Part shown: in pieces, positions 61,494 to 64,000 of the stretch
Numbering within the stretch: the stretch's first letter is position 1
Layout: each line of letters begins with the position of its first letter
Assembly (NCBI GenBank): GCA_965649825.1
Contig: OZ287700.1
Span: forward strand, 62,001 to 126,000
Length of the DNA: 64,000 bases
Source: Penicillus capitatus
Lineage: Eukaryota > Plantae > Chlorophyta
Reading direction: 5' to 3'
The notes under the pieces: generated by a model
What the model saw: the letters and a program-made list of their open reading frames with translations, nothing else
Told to the model about the DNA's origin: nothing
Databases searched by the model: none
Position numbers and translations under genes: made by a program

Positions 61494-63059
61494 TCACGTT
61501 TCCAGTTCCACAAAAAGAGGCCAATGATCTGACACGATTTCTGGATTCGCTTCGTGATCGACCCAGACGCGTTGGATCCGACGGGACAGTCCTTTGGTCA
61601 TAAGAAGGTGATCGATCTGCGTGGTCTCTGTGACACCCTCATAAATATCATTCTCATTCTGATCCCACCATGATGTGTAGCGCTCTCTCATCGGCAAAAA
61701 TTCCATGACATTGTCCAGTTCATCATTCCCATCACCGTCCGGATCGCGCAACATCGAAAGGACGCGTGAAATGGGTTCACTCGATTGCACATCTTCGTGT
61801 AGATCTGAGTAGTCGTTCAAGTCTCCCGTGATGACGACCTCGAACTCTGCTGCCATGAGCTGTTGGACGACATCCTGAATCACACGTGCTTGGTTTTCGC
61901 GCCAGACACAGCGCGTCGGATTGGAGACGAAGGCATAAAGGTGCACGACGATCAGAGCAAACTTTTGGCCAAAGAGGCAGCTATCAAAGAGAGCAATCAT
62001 ATTCTTGCTGATTCCCCTCGTATTGCTGTAGGACGAACCGCAAACCGAACCGGGGACTGGTCCACTGCGGCAGTTTGTGCGTGTCATATTCCGAACCAGA
62101 TCCGTCTGAGTCAGTAGACCCACGTCCTGACCAGTCGCTGTATCCCTTCCCTGAACGAAGTGCGGCGTGTAGACTGGATCACGGATGCTTTCGGCGAGGT
62201 CCATCAGAATGTCCGCGTCTTCCACTTCCTGCAGCGCCAGAATATCAGGCGCGTTGCGTCGAATGACGCCAGCAATGTCTTCCATATGATCTTCTGCCGC
62301 TTGGGCATTCTGCCATATATTTTGAGGACGAGGATCGTTGACACCATCGAAGAGGAACTCTGTATTATAGGTTCCGATAATGACGGTGTCTTTTTCCACA
62401 GGTTCTGGACACGTATCCAACGAGAATTCTTCCAGTCGACTGCGAATGCTCCAGCAGCTGTCGTCGAATACCGTTTCAGGGCTGGAGGATGTCGTTGGTT
62501 CCCTCTCCTGATATTCGACCCGCCATTCCGATTGAGCCGCGTCTATCCAATCGGCATTGCCCCGTGTGACATTCTCATGTCGAATCAGCGCAAAATAACG
62601 TGCAGCAATGCTCCTACCTCCAACGGTCCATCGGCCGCCGACCACACCGTCTTCGTCTTCCACTCCGATGGCATCGACGACGACGCCGTTGTCGAGGAGA
62701 GCGACATAGTCGTCGTCCGTATAGCGAAGCCCTCCCCACATGACATCGCACGATTCGGAGCTGCGGGGATGGCAGATGGTGTACGTGCTGTTCGGTTCCA
62801 AAAGGGCGTCGGTGTGTATCGGCTCGAGTTCGTAGCGTGGTGCCCTTTCGGTGTTGACGCGAACCACCAGTGTGTATTGCGACAAATCCTCAGACGTCTC
62901 TCCCGTATTGCGCAGAGTGATACGCTTGCGATAAGAAGAATCGTAGAGCAGCTCTCCAATGATAACATCGCCCAACGAGAGACGACAATGCGAGAGGAAA
63001 AACACAAAGACGTGAAGAGAAAGGAAAACTAAATGTCGAATCCCTCTCGTCGCAGGCAT
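61494..63059 (-). CDS. Secreted endonuclease/exonuclease/phosphatase (EEP) with an N-terminal lamin-tail-like (LTD) domain, intronless
   Basis: Hydrophobic leader, then LTD-like VIIGELLY..ITLRNTGE...DLSQYTL. EEP motifs are YNTEFLFDG, DILALQEVE, VVHL, ITGDLND, IDHLL and SDHWPL. Confidence 0.88.
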   Translation of the reverse strand: MPATRGIRHLVFLSLHVFVFFLSHCRLSLGDVIIGELLYDSSYRKRITLRNTGETSEDLSQYTLVVRVNTERAPRYELEPIHTDALLEPNSTYTICHPRSSESCDVMWGGLRYTDDDYVALLDNGVVVDAIGVEDEDGVVGGRWTVGGRSIAARYFALIRHENVTRGNADWIDAAQSEWRVEYQEREPTTSSSPETVFDDSCWSIRSRLEEFSLDTCPEPVEKDTVIIGTYNTEFLFDGVNDPRPQNIWQNAQAAEDHMEDIAGVIRRNAPDILALQEVEDADILMDLAESIRDPVYTPHFVQGRDTATGQDVGLLTQTDLVRNMTRTNCRSGPVPGSVCGSSYSNTRGISKNMIALFDSCLFGQKFALIVVHLYAFVSNPTRCVWRENQARVIQDVVQQLMAAEFEVVITGDLNDYSDLHEDVQSSEPISRVLSMLRDPDGDGNDELDNVMEFLPMRERYTSWWDQNENDIYEGVTETTQIDHLLMTKGLSRRIQRVWVDHEANPEIVSDHWPLFVELET

Positions 63060-63350
63060 GCTTTGTGAGCTTCAATCAGTTGACGACAGGCTTCTTCACC
63101 TACACACATATATTAGACATATGCATCTCTCCTCTTTCATCGAGGCATCGTTATCCGTCGAACCTTTTTCGGCAATGCAGAGGTCGCGCTTTTCCTGTTG
63201 ACCAAAAGGACGGTCAGAGGTTGTGGTGTTAGGAAGGAGAAGGACTTTTGTTTCAGGACAGGCGCAGCAGATTTTCTTCGGTTTTTTCTCTTGCGGTTCT
63301 GTGTTTTCCAATGATGTTCCTTCGTTGCTCTGCCAAAAAAGGAAACCCAT
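63029..63350 (-). CDS. COX17: Cytochrome c oxidase copper chaperone
   Basis: Three exons give KPKKICCACPETK / EKRDLCIAEK / GEEACRQLIEAHKACLRREGFDI*, with the CCxC copper site and twin CX9C motif. Confidence 0.93.
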
Positions 63351-63432
63351 CGCTGCACCGCGTCGCGCGTCTCAATAATGGATGGAATGAAGCATTTGGC
63401 AATAAGGAGTGGCATCTTGACAAGCACCTGAC

Positions 63433-64000
63433 ATGCCGGGAACAACCGCGATGATGGCGTCTACAGAAGACGCACAAGCCAATGAGCTACCACAGGAAGG
63501 CGCTATGACGTCCATGCCTCCAGACCATGCTCTGCTCCAACGCGCACAGCTCGCTTTGAAAGCACAGTTGCTTGAAATTCAGCAGGATCTCGCCGATCGC
63601 GTACGAGAAAAGCAAAAAGCGCTGAAGGCAGTCATTCTTAGTGTCGGCCGACGGTCTTGAGTTTGTGGGCATTGCCCATAGGATGCTCAATCGTCTAGAC
63701 AAGAGCACGGCCTCGAGTTGTACGAATTTCAGCAACGCCTTGTCGGCACTCGTAAGGAATTGGACGCGACAGAAATCAATGCCACAAAGGCAGGACAGCA
63801 ACGAAACGAAGTTCGACACCGACGCTTTCTCCGCATGCGTCCTGGATCTCTCGCAGGCCGAGGAGAAACTGAAACACATTCGAAGCGCCGTCCGCGAGGA
63901 ACAAGAAGAAACAACCTGCCAAAAGAAGAAGGCACATTTTCGATCATATAAAAGGCGGCGCATCTGTGACCCGATGTTCTTAGGCCAATGCAGTGCAAAG
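63433..64000 (+). CDS. CCDC40: Coiled-coil axonemal ruler protein CCDC40/FAP172-like, 5' part only
   Basis: PDHALLQRAQLALKAQL..LREKQKALK / RQEHGLELYEFQQRL matches the N-terminal pattern of CCDC40 as I recall it. The gene runs off the window end. Confidence 0.7.

Noticed and set aside
1-64000. Non-standard genetic code (TAA/TAG read as Gln, as in some ulvophytes) or readthrough to explain broken ORFs
   Set aside because: The internal stops fall inside short GT-AG introns, and well-conserved genes end at TAA, TAG or TGA as expected.

Overview
This is a compact, gene-dense eukaryotic nuclear window (about 50% GC, many GT-AG introns of roughly 30-70 nt, standard genetic code). It is most likely from a flagellate-producing green alga (chlorophyte-type PhoX, Rubisco-LSMT-like SET protein, CCDC40); the taxon is inferred, not proven. 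I assembled about 26 spliced or intronless protein genes by hand, plus one tRNA-Pro(UGG). Exon boundaries are manual and some gene ends are approximate. The standout feature is one spliced gene (9195->5375, minus strand) that fuses a bacterial-type ThDP enzyme (PRK08322 'acetolactate synthase-like' family, which includes cyanobacterial 2-oxoglutarate decarboxylase) in frame to an ALDH21-type aldehyde dehydrogenase. It is a candidate single-polypeptide 2-oxoglutarate -> succinic semialdehyde -> succinate bypass. Other notable items: an intronless HEAT-repeat ORF built from near-identical 111-bp units with a 555-bp higher-order period; a secreted double-PhoX protein whose metal-ligand motifs look degenerate in both halves; an intronless bacterial-type lipoxygenase; an LTD-EEP nuclease whose start codon lies inside the COX17 coding sequence; a 5-6x MATH-domain protein; and divergent gene pairs with start codons only 14-17 bp apart.
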